Below, piece by piece: positions 1 to 16,689 of a stretch of DNA of 64,000 nt (the first letter of the stretch is position 1; the number at the start of each line of letters is the position of its first letter). The notes under the pieces were generated by a model. The model was not told the origin of the DNA. It was given only the letters and a program-made list of their open reading frames with translations, and did not search any database. The stretch lies in NCBI RefSeq assembly GCF_009914755.1, contig NC_060932.1; one strand, 5' to 3'. The DNA comes from the human T2T-CHM13v2.0 reference genome, Homo sapiens. Both the position numbers and the translations under genes were made by a program.

Positions 1-532
1 TCCCCATCAGCCTTTCAGATACTCCAGAGTGCTCCCAAGTCTCCTCTCCCCTCCCACCCCAAACAACCCCTGTTTCTGCCACTGCTGCTCTTAAAGGTTA
101 TCAGCAACGGAAATTCCAACAGCTCCTCGCTGCTGCCCATCGGAATATTGAACGACTGCCAGGTTGTCCTCTTATCTAGTCAGAGTGCCCTGGCCTGCAT
201 TCGGTCTCTGGGCCAGCTGATAACACATTTTTGTTGTTGGAGGAAATGCTTTAGCTCCAACGGGGAGTGTCCACCCATGTGACACTGCCCAGAAGGAAAA
301 CAGGCCTGGTTCTCTGAGGGGAAATGACAGCAGCCACAGCCCCCTGAAGAAGACTGAATCAGTCCCTGTGTATCCTTTGATCAACAGCCCCTGCTCTCCT
401 TCTCACCTCCCTATTTGCTCTTTCCTGTCCGTCATGTGACTTTGTTCTAGAAACATTTCCTGGAAGAGACACTCCTTGACCACCACACCCATGCTATGCC
501 CTGCCCTGGGACCCCCTGCCCCTGCCCACACC

Positions 533-986
533 ATATATATATATACAGACATATATATATATAGACATATATATATATATAGACATATATATATATAGAC
601 ATATATATATATAGACATATATATATAGAGACATATATATATAGACATATATATAGAGAGACATATATATATAGACATATATATATAGAGACATATATAT
701 AGAGACATATATATATAGAGACATATATATAGAGACATATATAGAGACATATATATAGAGACATATATATAGACATATATATAGACATATATATAGACAT
801 ATATATATAGACATATATAGACATATATATAGACATATATATAGACATATATATAGACATATATATAGACATATATATGCAGACATATATATAGACATAT
901 ATATATAGACATATATATGCAGACATATATATAGACATATATAGACATATATATAGACATATATATATAGACATATATATATAAAC

Positions 987-1053
<67 letters not shown>
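533..1053. repeat. Compound microsatellite: interrupted (TA)n-GAC array, then pure (TA)n and (GA)n
   Basis: Dozens of ATATATAT(AT)AGAC units from 533 to ~986, then (TA)n ~987-1012 and (GA)n ~1013-1053. Confidence 0.97.
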
Positions 1054-1057
<4 letters not shown>

Positions 1058-1991
1058 GTGTCTCTCCCTCTTTCTCACCCCTAGCTAGGATCTTTGTCTG
1101 ATTAGAGCAGTGCCTGGCACAGAAGAAGCTCAGAAATGTTTGTCAATGCCTGCCTGAAACCAACATTTATCTGGTGCACATTCTGCATGTTTGCTGGGAG
1201 CTGGAGACACAAATGTGTTTAAGTTAAGGCCTCCACACTGAAGCAGCTCTCCCAGGAAAGCACTCTGCAAGAGAACAAATGCTCCCTCTGCAGAGACGCC
1301 TGGTTCTGTAATCACACCCTCAACCTGATCAAGGTCTTCACAAGGACAGGACAGCAGTCCTGCATCCCCCACAGAAACTCTCACTCCCACATGCAACTCA
1401 TACACCACCACGTGCGTCTACACACACCTCCTAACAGGACTCCATCTGAGAGATGCAGACCATATACACGGTCCACATGTTTTGGCTGGCCTACACTGTG
1501 AGGGCCAGACACTGCTGTCAGCAGGGACAAATGCTTCCCCAGTCTTCTGCTCTAGTTTCTGTCCTGAGAGAGGTTTCTCCCTAGGCCTTTTGATCAAAAG
1601 CCGAGGGACAAACAGGTGCTTGCTATAAGCTTGCTGCTTTACCAGCTGTATAATCTGCACAAGTTAATTAGCTTTTCAGAGTCTTGGTTTGCTCATCTGT
1701 ACTTGGGCCACCGAGTTGATGTCAGAAGTAACAGCAAGGGAAAGGGTCTGAAACTGGGCCTGAACATGGTTTAATAAATGCAGTTGGTGGCGGCGTTGAT
1801 AGTGAGAGTAGAATGACTGTTCAGCATCATTCAGATAGACATGAATTTCCAGAATGTCCTAGCATAATTAGTATGAACCTATGGTGATTTTAATAGATAG
1901 ATAGGTCAATTTGAAAATGATCTGAATGATGTGTGGATATACATGTGGATGTGATTATGTATGTATATAAATGTGGGTATCTGTGTGATAC

Positions 1992-2035
1992 ACCACACAC
2001 ACACACACACACACACGCACACACAGACACACACA
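1992..2035. repeat. (CA)n microsatellite
   Basis: Direct read of the sequence. Confidence 0.95.
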
Positions 2036-2039
2036 TCCC

Positions 2040-3500
2040 AGTTATGTCTGCTCAGAGGGCCTAGAGGCAATGCTACCCCAGAAACAGTGAGCACACCTAG
2101 TGGCCAGATCTTGGTTTCTAAACACCATTTTCCATGGAAAGGAACCAGGGCTCCTATGTTGATTCCACCACTGAGGTGAGGAGAGTAGAAGATGAGGCTA
2201 GAATACCTTGCTATGACAACAAGGCAGCAAGTGCTCAAATGACGATGGAGAAATGTTAGAGACACAGGAGCCAGGCCCTAGTGGACAGATTTGGGGCAAC
2301 GTAAATGTCAAAATAACTAATGATCACAAAAGACTGCAACCTATTGAATAAAGTTAAAATCTGTGAGTCCACACTGATATAAAGAAAGGAAGGGCTGGGC
2401 ATGGTGGCTTACGCCTGTATTCCCAGAACTTTGGGAGGCCAAGGCAGGCAGATCACTTGAGGTCAAGAGCTGGAGACCAGCCTGGCCAACATGATGAAAC
2501 CCCATCTCTACTAAAAGTACAAAAATTAGCTGGGCATGGTCGTACATGCCCATAATCCCAGATACTCAGGAGGCTGAGGCAGGAAAACTGCTTGAACCTG
2601 GGAGACAGAGGTTGCAGTGGGCAAAGATCAAGATTGCACCATTGCATTCCAGCCTGGGTGAAAGTGACTCCTCCATCTCAAAAAAAAAAAAAAAAAAAAA
2701 GATGAACAGAGGAAGAAAATTTCTTCTTTATAGTAGGAAACCAACTAATAAATGAAAAAGAACCAGCAAAATTTAAAAAATCACCATTTGGCAACTATGA
2801 TAATAATAAATCTATTCAGGCAAGAATCATCAAAAGATGCTAAAACTAATGACTGATAGACTGAGGACTAATCAGAAATCTACACAATCCCGGAAGTTCT
2901 CCCCATGAGATGCTTATTAATTGCAAAGGTGAAACAATAACTTTGCAGTGGAGACACCTGGAAGACACCACCTTAACTGAGAGCTCCAAGCTAACATCAC
3001 CAGTAATGGGAGACAGCCACACCAGTGCCTCTTGATACAATGCACTGAAAAGGACACATCAGCTCTGGGCTAGTCCTGCCAACCTAATCAGGAGGAAACA
3101 TCAGAAAAGCCAAAATTGAGTGCATTCTATCAAATAACTGGCCTGAACTTGTCAAAAAGGTTAACGTGCTGAAATACAAGATTAAGAAAGTTTTCCAAGA
3201 AAGACACATGCCAACTGGCTTTTCTTTTGCCTTGAAGGAATTTAGCAGGGGCAAGTGATGAAATCTGAATGAGAAATCAGAAGGTTAGATAATAGTCAAA
3301 TTAATGTTAAGTTTCTGACTTAGAAAGTTGTGTTCTAAGATGCAAGTTTCTGATTTCAGGAAAAAATATAGAGAAAAAAGAAAAAATGAACATAATAAAA
3401 TGCGAACATTTGAAAACCTGGACGAAGGAGGTCCAGGAATTTGTTGGCTGTTCTTATAACTTTTCTATAAATTTGCATTTATATAAAAATAAAATAATTG
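2040..3500 (+). mobile_element. Old L1 (L1MC/L1MD-type) 3' UTR fragment, interrupted by an Alu
   Basis: Resembles recalled L1MC/MD 3' UTR motifs: GCCAGATCTTGGTTTCTAAACACCATT..GGAACCAGGGCTCC and CTTTGCAGTGGAGACACCTGG..AACATCACCAGTAATGGGACA. A-rich end near 3490. Confidence 0.7.
2393..2700 (+). mobile_element. Alu (S-type)
   Basis: Full dimer with A-rich linker and poly(A) tail. Confidence 0.95.
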
Positions 3501-3692
3501 AAAAAAATTAAAAATGGAAACGAATGCTCTGGGTTCATGAGATTGAGAAAAAAATCAATATATTACTTAGTGCATTGTATGTGCCAATAATTTAAAGCTA
3601 TAATAATTATTAGTAGTAATAATAATTATCAGTAGAACATGCACCTGGCACATAATAAGCTGGGAATGGACAAAAAATATTATCACTGTTAA

Positions 3693-3723
3693 CATCATCA
3701 TCATCATCATCATCATCATCATT
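3693..3723. repeat. (CAT)n microsatellite
   Basis: About 10 CAT units. Confidence 0.9.
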
Positions 3724-4929
3724 CTGGATATGCTTGATTGTAAGAAAGAACTAAAAATTTAATACTACTATTTGTGTTACTTATAATTACTTCATATCTG
3801 CGTTAAACTCCATTGTTTGAAGGTTTGTTATAGAAATGCCTGCTTAAAATGCATACAGCACTCCTCTGTAATGGTGAGGTGCTTGAAGACCAACCAAAAG
3901 AAAGAGGCAGGAGGCCATTTTCAAATCTAGATGTGCAGAATACATATCAATTGGATCTTTTCTCATCAGTGGAGTCTCTGCTTTGTTCTTGCTTGTGCTT
4001 GGGTAACCCAAAGATAAGAAAGCCCAACTTCTAAATGCCAAACCTGGGGCCTTTGCCCAGACCTGTAGGCCATCTAGAGTCTCTTCTCTGTTCCTTCTTG
4101 GGTCCCTTCCATACAAACTGTGCATCTCAATGATCAGCCCTTGTTATTCCCACTTGCACTGGCTTATGCACCAAGCAGAACCTCCTGCCATGCCCCCAGT
4201 CTTGTCCCATAAGATGGTGAGCTAGCTCCAGGTCCAAGGCTCTTCCCAACCTGTCTATCGTATAGAACTGGCTGTGTTCAGCACAATTCTGAGATGTGGT
4301 ATGTTCCCAAGCATCATTACTTTGTTCAATATGTTCTTTCAAAGTAAACCTATGACCATAACCAGGAATCACATGGTCTTTTGTCTCCATTCTTCCTCAT
4401 TCTTCTAGGACTCACACATGCCACATCTTCAGCTCATTTTCTTCCTCTCCTTGTTTCTTATCGCTCTTGCCCATATATCTACCCCTTGGGAACACAGAAG
4501 CGATTGCTTCTTCCCCTTTAGAGGAGGCCTCACACGGCCCCTGACCTACCTGTGACACCAGAAGGGCTCAAGCTCACATCCATATCTACTTGCATAAATA
4601 AAACTAATAAACCCCATGGCCCAAGTGGATTTGTTTTACATGGAGTCACATACAGAGACCACAAGATGGCTCCCAAAGAAATTTTAAAAGTTACTCCATT
4701 CTTATACTAGAGGGAGAGAGTGAGACAGTGTGCACGACAGAGAGAGAGTCCTTGCCAATAATCATATAAAAAACAGCTATACACACTCACAGACATCAGC
4801 CTTCCTTCTTCTTCTGCAGTGATGGCAATCATGCCCAAGCTGGGTTAGAGACCAGCAGAGTGAAGTGACATATCCAGGGTGATCTCAATTTTTCCCAAGC
4901 TAACTCTGCGCTGATAAAAATGTCCTCTC

Positions 4930-5082
4930 TCTGCACTATCCATGGGTACCCATAAGCAACATGTGGCTACTAAGCACATGAACTGTGATGTGACTGAGGC
5001 CTGAATTTTTCGTATTATTTCATTTTAATTAAAATTTCATTATCCCCATAAGAAGTGGTTCTGTGTGGACAGCTCAGCTGTA
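4930..5082. mobile_element. MER3/MER33-like hAT-Charlie MITE fragment
   Basis: CACATGTGGCTACTAAGCAC..GTGACTGAGG..TGAATTTT..TTTAATTAA motif series. Confidence 0.55.
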
Positions 5083-5085
5083 GAC

Positions 5086-5306
5086 CAGAGGTTGCAACAC
5101 CTTTTCTGTTAAGGACCAGGGAACAAATATGTCAGGCTTTGCAGCCACACGGTCTCTATGGTAATGACTCAACTGGGCTGCTGCAGTGTGAAAACAGCCA
5201 TACATGACACCTGAACAAATGAGCATGGTGGGGCGCCAGCAAAGCTTTATTTACAAAGGCAGACTGGGCCAGGCTTGTCCTGTAGGCCACAGTTTGCTGA
5301 TGCTTG
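5086..5306. mobile_element. MER58A (hAT-Charlie MITE)
   Basis: Colinear with the recalled MER58A consensus (TTTTCTGT.AAGG.CCAG..AAATAT..AGGCTTTGC...CTTTATTTACAAA...AGTTTGC). Confidence 0.85.
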
Positions 5307-6092
5307 CTCTAGGACACACCAGAGTGTCATGCCAGGCCTTCGTCAGGATGACAGGCCCTTGTCATCAAAAGATGTTCTGAATCCAGGTTTTTACTTACCA
5401 GTGTTCATGAGAGCTCAGAAAGCTCTCCATTTAAGAAAAAGAAAAGCTGCTAGACACTAACAGTCTGCATATTTCTCCTGAGGGACACTGTATTCCCCTT
5501 CCATGGGAACTCCTCTTAATGGCACGTTTCTGGGCAAGCAGGACATGTTTCAGAGACCAAGAAATAGGAGAATATCTTCCACATCCTCCATGGAACATAA
5601 TCAATGGAAAACAAAACAAAACAGAAAAGACAGCACATCTCACTTGTGCTGCGGACAGATTAGTCACTTTACCTCCATAGGCTGAGTGACCGTCCATCTC
5701 TGGTCCCCAAATGGAATTGTCCTGACCCAAGCTCAATGCATTTGCTCACTGCAGCTCTTGGGGGTGTTAATTTCCTCTCATTGACATTTCCAGTTTAGGA
5801 AGATGAAATCTGAAAATGGTACCAACTGAAAGAGAAGAGGAGAAAAGTTTAAGTCAGTTTTGACAATTAGTCCATCCTCTGCCTTTTTAGGATGACTCAA
5901 GATAATGAAAAGATATTCACCCACTTATTCCACTCACTCACCCAATTATTTATACAGCACTATCTGTTAAACAAACACCTATTCTGTTCCCGGCACAGAG
6001 CCACACACCAGAACAGGAAGGTGAGTAACTCACAACTCCTCTCCGCAGGGAGTTCAGACTGGGAGAAAACAGAAAAATACACAAACAATTCA

Positions 6093-6917
<825 letters not shown>

Positions 6918-6989
6918 GAAGACTTCATCTGACAGGAAGAATAGCACAGAAACCCTCAACTCTTAACCACTGCTGTCGAAATGGCCCCA

Positions 6990-7663
6990 GTTTGTTCAGG
7001 CCACCTGCACGCACACTCTGCAGTGTGGCTTTGCCTCCCCTCCCAGCATGAGGGAGAATCGAAGTTTGGCCACGAGACTTGCTTTAGCCAATGGCACCAT
7101 AGCAAAGGTGACATAAATAAAGGCTTTAAAAGTGCTTATACCTAAAAGTTCCTCTCTCTTGCTGCTGAGAATCATTCTTTTTTTTTTTGAGATGGGTCTC
7201 ACTCAGTTTTCCAGGCTGGAGGGGCCGTGGCATGACTACCACTCACTGCAGCCTTGACCTCCAGGGTCAAGCGATCCTCCCTCTAAGCCTCCTGAGTAGC
7301 TGGAACTACAGGTTCGTGCTATCACACCAGGCTAATTATTTTTATTTTTTGTAGGGTCTTGCTATGTTGCCATGGCTGGTCTTGAGCTCCTGGGCATGAG
7401 CCACCATGCCCAGCTGCTGCTGGAAATCATTCTGCTGCCACATTAGCAAGCCTGAGGTAGCCCCCTGGAGGATAATAGACAATGTGTGGAGAGAGGCTGA
7501 GGCACCCCAGCTCAGCCCCCAGATGTGTGGATGGGCCAGCACAGGCAATCAGCCTAACACAAACTGTGCAGACCAGATCATCAACCCACAGAAATCATAA
7601 ATGTCTGTTTGTAGGCACTGGGGTTTGGGGCTGTTTGTTATACAGAGAAAGCTGACTGATACA
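6990..7663 (+). mobile_element. MLT1-type MaLR LTR interrupted by an AluJ
   Basis: GACTTGCTTTAGCCAATGG motif; 3' end GGGGCTGTTTGTTATACAG..AGCTGACTGATACA. Confidence 0.7.
7178..7412 (-). mobile_element. AluJ, partially deleted
   Basis: Poly(T) followed by GAGATGGGTCTCACTC..CACTGCAGCCTTGACCTCC. Confidence 0.85.
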
Positions 7664-9019
7664 ACCACTGAGGTTTCTTTATACCGCTGGCAATGGTGAT
7701 ACATGAGGATAAACTTGTGTGTTAGGAAGAAAGTTCAGCCCCTGTTGAGTTGGTGATTATGAAGAGATAATGAGGGCCAGAAGGCAGGGCCCTGGGCAAA
7801 AGCAGGAGTGGGAGATTCAAGAGCTCTTTTAGAGGGAGAGACAACAGCATTTAGTGACTGTCTAAGCCCAGAGTTGTCTAAAGGCATTTGCCTGGTTCTG
7901 GAAACCATGTGTGGTGTTGACTATAAACAGATTCTATTTGGCACCTGCTGATGGGGGCAGGATGTTTACTTAGAAGATACATGAACATGACCAGAGTCAG
8001 CACAGTTAGGAGTCAGGGTCCAGGAAAGCTATAGGAACGAAACTCTTTCTTTTCAGAAATGAGAATTAAGGCACGATGCTCACTGCCACAGCCTCCTAGC
8101 CAGTCTTAAAATAGCCATCGCCTCTAATGCCAACTCCCTCTCTTGGCAGCAGCCAGGGGGATCCTTGTAAATTGTAACTCAGGCCTCCCTCCCTTGCATC
8201 ACTGGCTCACACCTTCCCCATTCCCTCTGTACTTTCTACTCACCCTTCACATTTCAGTGTAAACACCACTTCACAGAGACATCTTCGCTGACTCTGGGGA
8301 CAAGGCTGGGCACTGCCCCTCGATATTTTCAGTGTTCCCTGCATTCCTACAAAGCATTACCGCCAACACGTTAACTCCATAAGGGCAAGGGCATGTCTGC
8401 CCTACATACCACTGTGCCCTCACCACCCAGCACACCACTTGGCATGTGGGAGAAGGCCTATTCCTATTTCTTGAATGAGAGGGTGACCAAAACAATACAG
8501 GTACCACACTTCTAAGATGTTTTCTTGGACACACCACCTTCCAAACTCGAAGCTGGATTAGGGCCTTACCTGGGAGCACCCTGGGAGCACACATTCATGT
8601 GTTTCTTCATTCATTCTCTCATTTAGCAAGAATTTACTAAGCACCGGGCATCACCTCAATCCCACTGTTGGTTGCTCTCACTAGACTGAGACTTCAGAGG
8701 TGAGGAAGGGAGCTATATTTTACTTGTCACTAGATTTCCCCACTCTTACCCCACTGGCTATCATATGGGTGTAGGAGGCACTAAATAATGACCAGTGAAT
8801 CCATGAATAAATGGGTGAACAGCCAGATCAATCTCAGAGAATCCATCAGGATGTGGCTGATTTATAACTCCGCAGAAGCTCATTACTGAGTTTGGGCCTT
8901 ATGTATGTTACATCTTACTAAATAGTTGAGAATCCTTGTAATATAAAAACCTGCATGTATATATGCCTATATCAGGATATATACTGCAACTGTTCTATGC
9001 CATAAGATATAAGGCAGTA

Positions 9020-9339
<320 letters not shown>

Positions 9340-9581
9340 TCAGATTAAACATGGAGCCCTGCTCTGAATGAAGCCTCTGACTCCACAGCCTGGCACCTGT
9401 GGCCGACTGTGATCTTCAATTAAAGCCTAAGACTCTTCATGAAGCAACGCATAACATCTTGAACCAATTCTTTCATTGGTCTTAAGTTGGCTTTGAAAAA
9501 AATAAGTTGGCAATGGCATTGGATTCCAAATTCCAACTGACAAGTTTGCAACCTGGAGGCTTATCTTAAAAACTAGAACTC

Positions 9582-9890
<309 letters not shown>

Positions 9891-11097
9891 AAAACTAGAA
9901 CTGCACCCCATGTGGGGCTCACCTTTTGCAGCCTCAGTTTCTCAGCTTCTCTAATACAGCACTGGGGTGTTAAATGCAGAGAAAAGGCAATTATTCCACT
10001 GTCTTTCTGCCCCAGATCCCAGGAACAGCCTGATGAGCTCCTTAGACTTTCCTTGCCTTTTGGTTTTAACAGGAGCCCTGGAAATCTTTTCTAAAAGCCA
10101 TGTCCCAGTTCTCTTCTCACTCGTGCTCTGCTGTCATGCCTCTTTCTATATTGAGTCCCTATTTCCCCACCCTTCCAAGATTGCTTCCAATTAAGAGCAA
10201 CAACTAAACTCTTACCGCTGAAACATCTGTGAAGCATGTTCATACACACGAGCCATACAAGAAAGACAAATCAGAAAGTGTCCCCATTTTTGGAGAGGTT
10301 CAGAAAAGCTCATGTGACTCTCCAAGACCACAAATGAGGAAACCAAGGCCCAGAGAAGTGGCTCCTCCATGACACAGCTGGAGAGCTGTGCAGCTGGACA
10401 GTGGGCAGAGGGCCTTAGACCCGGGGTTCAGTGTTCTTCCTAATACCAGGCGAATTACTATCATCCTGTTCCAGCCCATTCATCCCTTTCATTTCCATCC
10501 ATCCAACTGGTAGCCACTAGCACCAATCTAGGAGCCAAGCAGGGAACTGCTGGGCTTAAACCAAGAGACTCGGAAGCAAGAAAAATGTCTACCTTCTCCA
10601 GCTAGAGCACAGATTAGGACAAATTCCACTCAAACAAATCATGGTTATGTTCTCATTCCTCCTGTTCTGAACCCATAAATCATTATTTCTTGGCCCATAT
10701 TCACGCTTCCACCATCCACAGCCCCCTCATGCCACCTGAGGCTCCTTTCTACTGTACAATATAATACAATAACTCTCATAAGAGAGTGTATTCTCCAATT
10801 TTGTGTCTTCTTGAAGTATAGCAGCAAACTAGAAGTAAAGCTGGATACCACTCCTGGAGGAGCAGGGCAAGTTTGCTTAATAAATCATAGCTTTTCCTCT
10901 CCATGCAAACAATCATCTGGATAACTGTTACCACTGGGTCTGGCTGAATACTATTGCTGCATTTTTAAATTATAGGGATCTTTTCTGAGGCCTGTGGGCA
11001 TGACATGTTCCATCCAAAAAGTGTGGCCTGCTTCTAGGTGTGCCCCTAGGGGACACTGGTCAAGTCAAGCTGTGTGATATTAGAAAAACAGCCTTTT

Positions 11098-11543
<446 letters not shown>

Positions 11544-11739
11544 TTACTCATTGGTAAAATGGAACTGTCTCTGCTTCAACTACTTTGCAGGGCTCTGATA
11601 AGAAGTAAGTGAATACAAAACAACATGAAATCACTTTGATACTGGTAGTAGCAATAACAGATAACACTTAAACTAGCATAACAGATAACATTTTTTAAGT
11701 ACTTACAGGTACTTGCTAAACTAAGCCCTTTATACTCAA

Positions 11740-11870
11740 AAGCTCAGTTAATCTTCACAATGGTCCTTGGATGTGTATACTATGATTTTCATCATTTTGA
11801 AGGTGAGTAAATGGAGGCTTGAGGAGATTAAGTAATTTGCTCAAGGTCATATGACTGATAAAGGCTGGAG
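11740..11870 (-). mobile_element. MIR fragment
   Basis: GAGGCTTGAGGAGATTAAGTAATTTGCTCAAGGTCA matches the reverse MIR core. Confidence 0.7.
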
Positions 11871-12729
11871 CCTGAATGATTAACTAATTCCTAACTCTAC
11901 TCTATTGTAAAGTCTGGGACTAACACAGTTTACTTGCCATCAGTATTTACTGAGCCTTGCACTGGGCTGGGCCAAGCACTGTGTTCTGCCCTGCTGGGGA
12001 CAACAGTACACTTTTGAGCTCTGCCCTAGAAAAGCCCACTGCAGGGGGAGAGAGAACACAGGTCCATCAGCAAGGAACCACACCACTCTGTGTCCAGGGC
12101 AGGCTCATGAATGTGCAAGTAGGTGGTTTCTTAATCTAGATTCCCATCCGGGACATGACACTGACGGAGAAGGAGATCAAGACTGAGACAGTCTAGCCAG
12201 ATCAGTTCGCAAATGGGACAAGTTGCCCCGGAAGTAGGAAAGTGCAAGAGCAGACACAGAAGCTGAGTGAGGAATGGTGAGAGGACCTAGAAACATCTGG
12301 TGTGAGTGCTGGAAGGCCCTCAGCAGAGCCGTTGGCTGGGCTGCATGTCGAGAACCAGGTTTATGGGCAGAAATTCTGGGTGTGTGAACCAGGAATGACA
12401 TGGTTCATGCCAGCGTTTGAGCAAACTGAGCAGGGAAGCTCAGAGAGTGGGTCCCCTTTGGGTGCGGTGGCATCTCCCTCTGTGGAGACCCAGGGACTCC
12501 AGAGGCCAACTTGGCTGATCTGAAAGTAAAAGTGAGAAGAACTTTGGGCAGGAAGCACATGCACCTGTTAGACTAGGAAAGCTGTTCTCACTTATAACCT
12601 CTCTCTCTGAAATGGGCTCAACACATGGGATCTCTCATAATGAAGTGCCTTTCTGAATTTGAAGGCTAACCACTGAGGTCTGGCTGCTTCGCTGGAAGAG
12701 CTATTATCATCAACAATAGCAACCATAGG

Positions 12730-12930
12730 TTAAGTACAGACAATGAGGCCAACAGCACGCAAAGCATCTCATGTGCATGATTTCATTCCAGCTTCACAGC
12801 AGTCCTCTGGGGCTGGTAGTTTTACTCCCATTTCACAGATGTGGAAATTAAGATTCTGAAAGAGTATAATTTGCCCAGGGCCACACAGCTAGAAATTGGC
12901 AGAGATGAGACTCAAAGTCAGGTCTGTCTT
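12730..12930 (-). mobile_element. MIR
   Basis: CCATTTCACAGATGTGGAAA..TTGCCCAGGGCCACACAGCTAG. Confidence 0.75.
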
Positions 12931-13404
12931 CAACACAATATCCCTTTGTGCTCAAAGGGATACTGAGTTCAAATGTAGAGACGGCGCCAGGGCTGACATG
13001 ACCTTGAGGCACACACTATCCAACCCCCTGTGCACCCCACTGTTTGCATAAAAAGCCCTCCCTGCTCCACTCTGCTTTGCTGTTAACAGCTCTTAGTACC
13101 ACATGGGCCATGAGCAGATTCATTGTGGCCAGAACGTAAGCAGAACTGAGACAATCAACTTCCAGCTCTCTCCACCTTCAACCCCAGGATGAGTTCCTGT
13201 ACCCCAGCATCCAAACCCCTAGATCCCAGCTCCTGTTTCACCAGCCTTGCCCGTGTGCCTCTGGAAGCCTCAGTTTCCTCATCTGTAATGTGGAAATGCT
13301 GATGATGATGGTCATGAAGAAGACAGATGAGGAAAAGCCTCACTTTACCTGCTGTTCAAAAGGGACAAACACAATAATGACTTGGCCAATGGCTATGCCA
13401 TCAA

Positions 13405-13570
13405 CTGACCAGGGTCTTGGACAAGTTATCTCATCACTCAGTACCTGTGTCTCCTCTTTTGGTGATGGGGATAATAAAAGTCCCTGACCTCATAGGGTTA
13501 TGAGAATGAATTAGAAAATGTACACAGGAGCTCAGAACACTGCCTGGTATGCTTGTTGAGAAGTGGTAGC
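13405..13570 (+). mobile_element. MIR
   Basis: CTTGGACAAGTTA..ATGGGGATAATA..ACCTCATAGGGTTATGAG. Confidence 0.7.
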
Positions 13571-14552
13571 GAGTATCTTTCTGTTATCATCATTTGAGGG
13601 CACTTAGTAAAGCATAGAGCACCAGAAAACATCAGCTGTGATTAGGATCATGCAGTGAAAAGGTCCACAGGCAACCTGTGCCACCTTTGGGAATCTATCT
13701 TAGGACTAAATTAGAGATGGCCAACAGCCTGGATACCAGGTTCCTAGAACAAAGTTTGCAACATAGGTTGCGGCAATCTAAGAGGCCTCACAGTGAGGGT
13801 CCAGAAGGATCCAGTGAGCAGGGTGCTAAGGGGGCCAGGAGGAAGAGACACAAGGGAGAAGAGTACAGGGAGGTGTCCGGGGCCTTATTGCTTCTGCAGA
13901 CTCCATGCACTGAGCCCCTGGAACTGGGACCCTTCGACAAGATCCACCCAATCAGGGCTGTATAGCGGTTTCTGATTCTCATCAAAGGTGGAGGATTTCT
14001 GTCTTTAGGGAATAGGACCGCTCCTCATTGTTGAGCTCCTACTAGGTACCAGGCACTTTTCCAAAAGTTAATTTCACAACCATGAGCATGAGTCAAATTC
14101 TAGACCCATTTTTCAGAGTCTGCAATCACCTGCCCAAAGTCACCAGGCTACTCTGGAAGACACCTGAATGCACATGACCATCTGCTGCTCTCCGGCTGCC
14201 CCAACCCTATGCTCCCTTGCAGCGAATGACATGAATGAGCCACGTTTACACTGCAGCGGTGGGGGTGGATCCATTCCACTGACCCTCTGACAATGGTGTT
14301 CCAAAATCCTACACTCGACAGTGGGATGTAGGGGTGTAGGCAGATGAAGGGCTGAAGGCTGGAGAGTGAGAACTATGAATCAAAGGAGATGGGCCCTTTC
14401 TGAAAGGACTAAGGATGTCAAGAAGGCTAGGATTGCGCTGACTGCCCATGACCAGGTCAGCATGAGTGAGAGAGGGTACCTTCTCCTGGGCCACCACCTC
14501 CTCCTCTTCACATCTGCTACTGCCTGTCTGATTCAGATTGGAGAAACTTTAA

Positions 14553-14921
<369 letters not shown>

Positions 14922-15549
14922 CTACTTGGGTTTTTCTACTTCACTCTGAGGGCTGGGGAGACAAGGGAATGGGAAGGGATTTCCCGGCTGGTGTCTGTGC
15001 GGCCTGGGGAGGAAGCAGGCCACCCCCGCGGGGGACTGCTCAGCCTTTCCAGAATTGAACTGAGCTTCACTCCTCTGCCTTTGCTTTTTCTTCACCCGTC
15101 TCAGCCTGGCCGGGCTTTAGTTCATCTTCCTCATCTCAGATCCAATGGGTCTGTAATGGGAGGAACAGCACGCTTCCCTGGTGTGGATTTCTGTTGCTCC
15201 CCCTGCCGTTGTCATCCCTGGCTCCCCAGTCCTCTCAGCCACCAGGCTCGTAATCTCCAAGTCACTTTCCATGTGTCGTTTCTCAGCACCGTAGTGCAAT
15301 CTGTTCTCAAACCCCAGAGATAAAGTCACCAATTCTCACATTGGAGCAAACACTCCAAATGTGGCTCACAGTGACTCCCACCCGCACCATTGATGGGACA
15401 TTCGTCCTGCCCTCCCATCCACTGTGAACCTGGGCCACATGGTTTTCCTAAAAAAAAAGAAAGGAGGGGGAGTCTGATGAAATCCCATTCTGCAGGAAGG
15501 AAAAGAAACCTTGCTTGCACCTCATTACCGAAAGGATCAAGCCATTTAG

Positions 15550-16104
<555 letters not shown>

Positions 16105-16620
16105 TGAATCTCCACTCTCACCCAGGAAGATGAGTTGGTGTCACCCCCAGAGCACAAGGGGTAACACTAAGCTCGGACGTGGAAGTCACTTGCCCCAGAT
16201 CTCACCACTGATCAACAGCAGGCCTGGTGACTCCAGAGCCTGTCTTCTCCCCCTGGCCTTGGCCTCCTGGACAGGAGACAACCCCTTGGCCTTGCTCTTG
16301 GATGGACTGAATTTGCTTTCAGAGGAGTGAGATGCTGGCAGGCTGTACAGCTGTCCTCTGGGCCCAGCATATATTGTTCTGTCTGCTCAGAGTCACGTTC
16401 CTTTCTCAGATCTGGGAGGAATTGTGAAACATGGACCTGTTTGTCTTCTAAGCAACCTCAGCTAATGAAGGCTGCATAACTATGTACTTTCGAACAAGAT
16501 TTTTAGGATGAAGAAACGAAAGAAGAAAGGGAGGGAGAAAAAGAAGGAACGAAAATGGGAAGGAAGAGAAGGGAGAAAGAAAACTATTAGCCATGGAAAC
16601 CTTGGACCCAAGGACACGGC

Positions 16621-16689
16621 TGACATCATATAAAGTCTGTCCCTGGCAAATGTGTCCCAGAATGCCACCACTAACAGTCCTATTTATAG
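16621..16689. promoter_or_regulatory. Candidate intronic enhancer: TGACATCA (AP-1/ATF) plus a perfect MEF2 site CTATTTATAG
   Basis: Motifs at 16621-16628 and 16680-16689 in a repeat-free stretch. Motif match only. Confidence 0.35.

Noticed and set aside
403-1078. Three 175-194 aa ORFs rich in Y/I/M/C
   Set aside because: These are translations of the TA microsatellite, which lacks stops on the minus strand.
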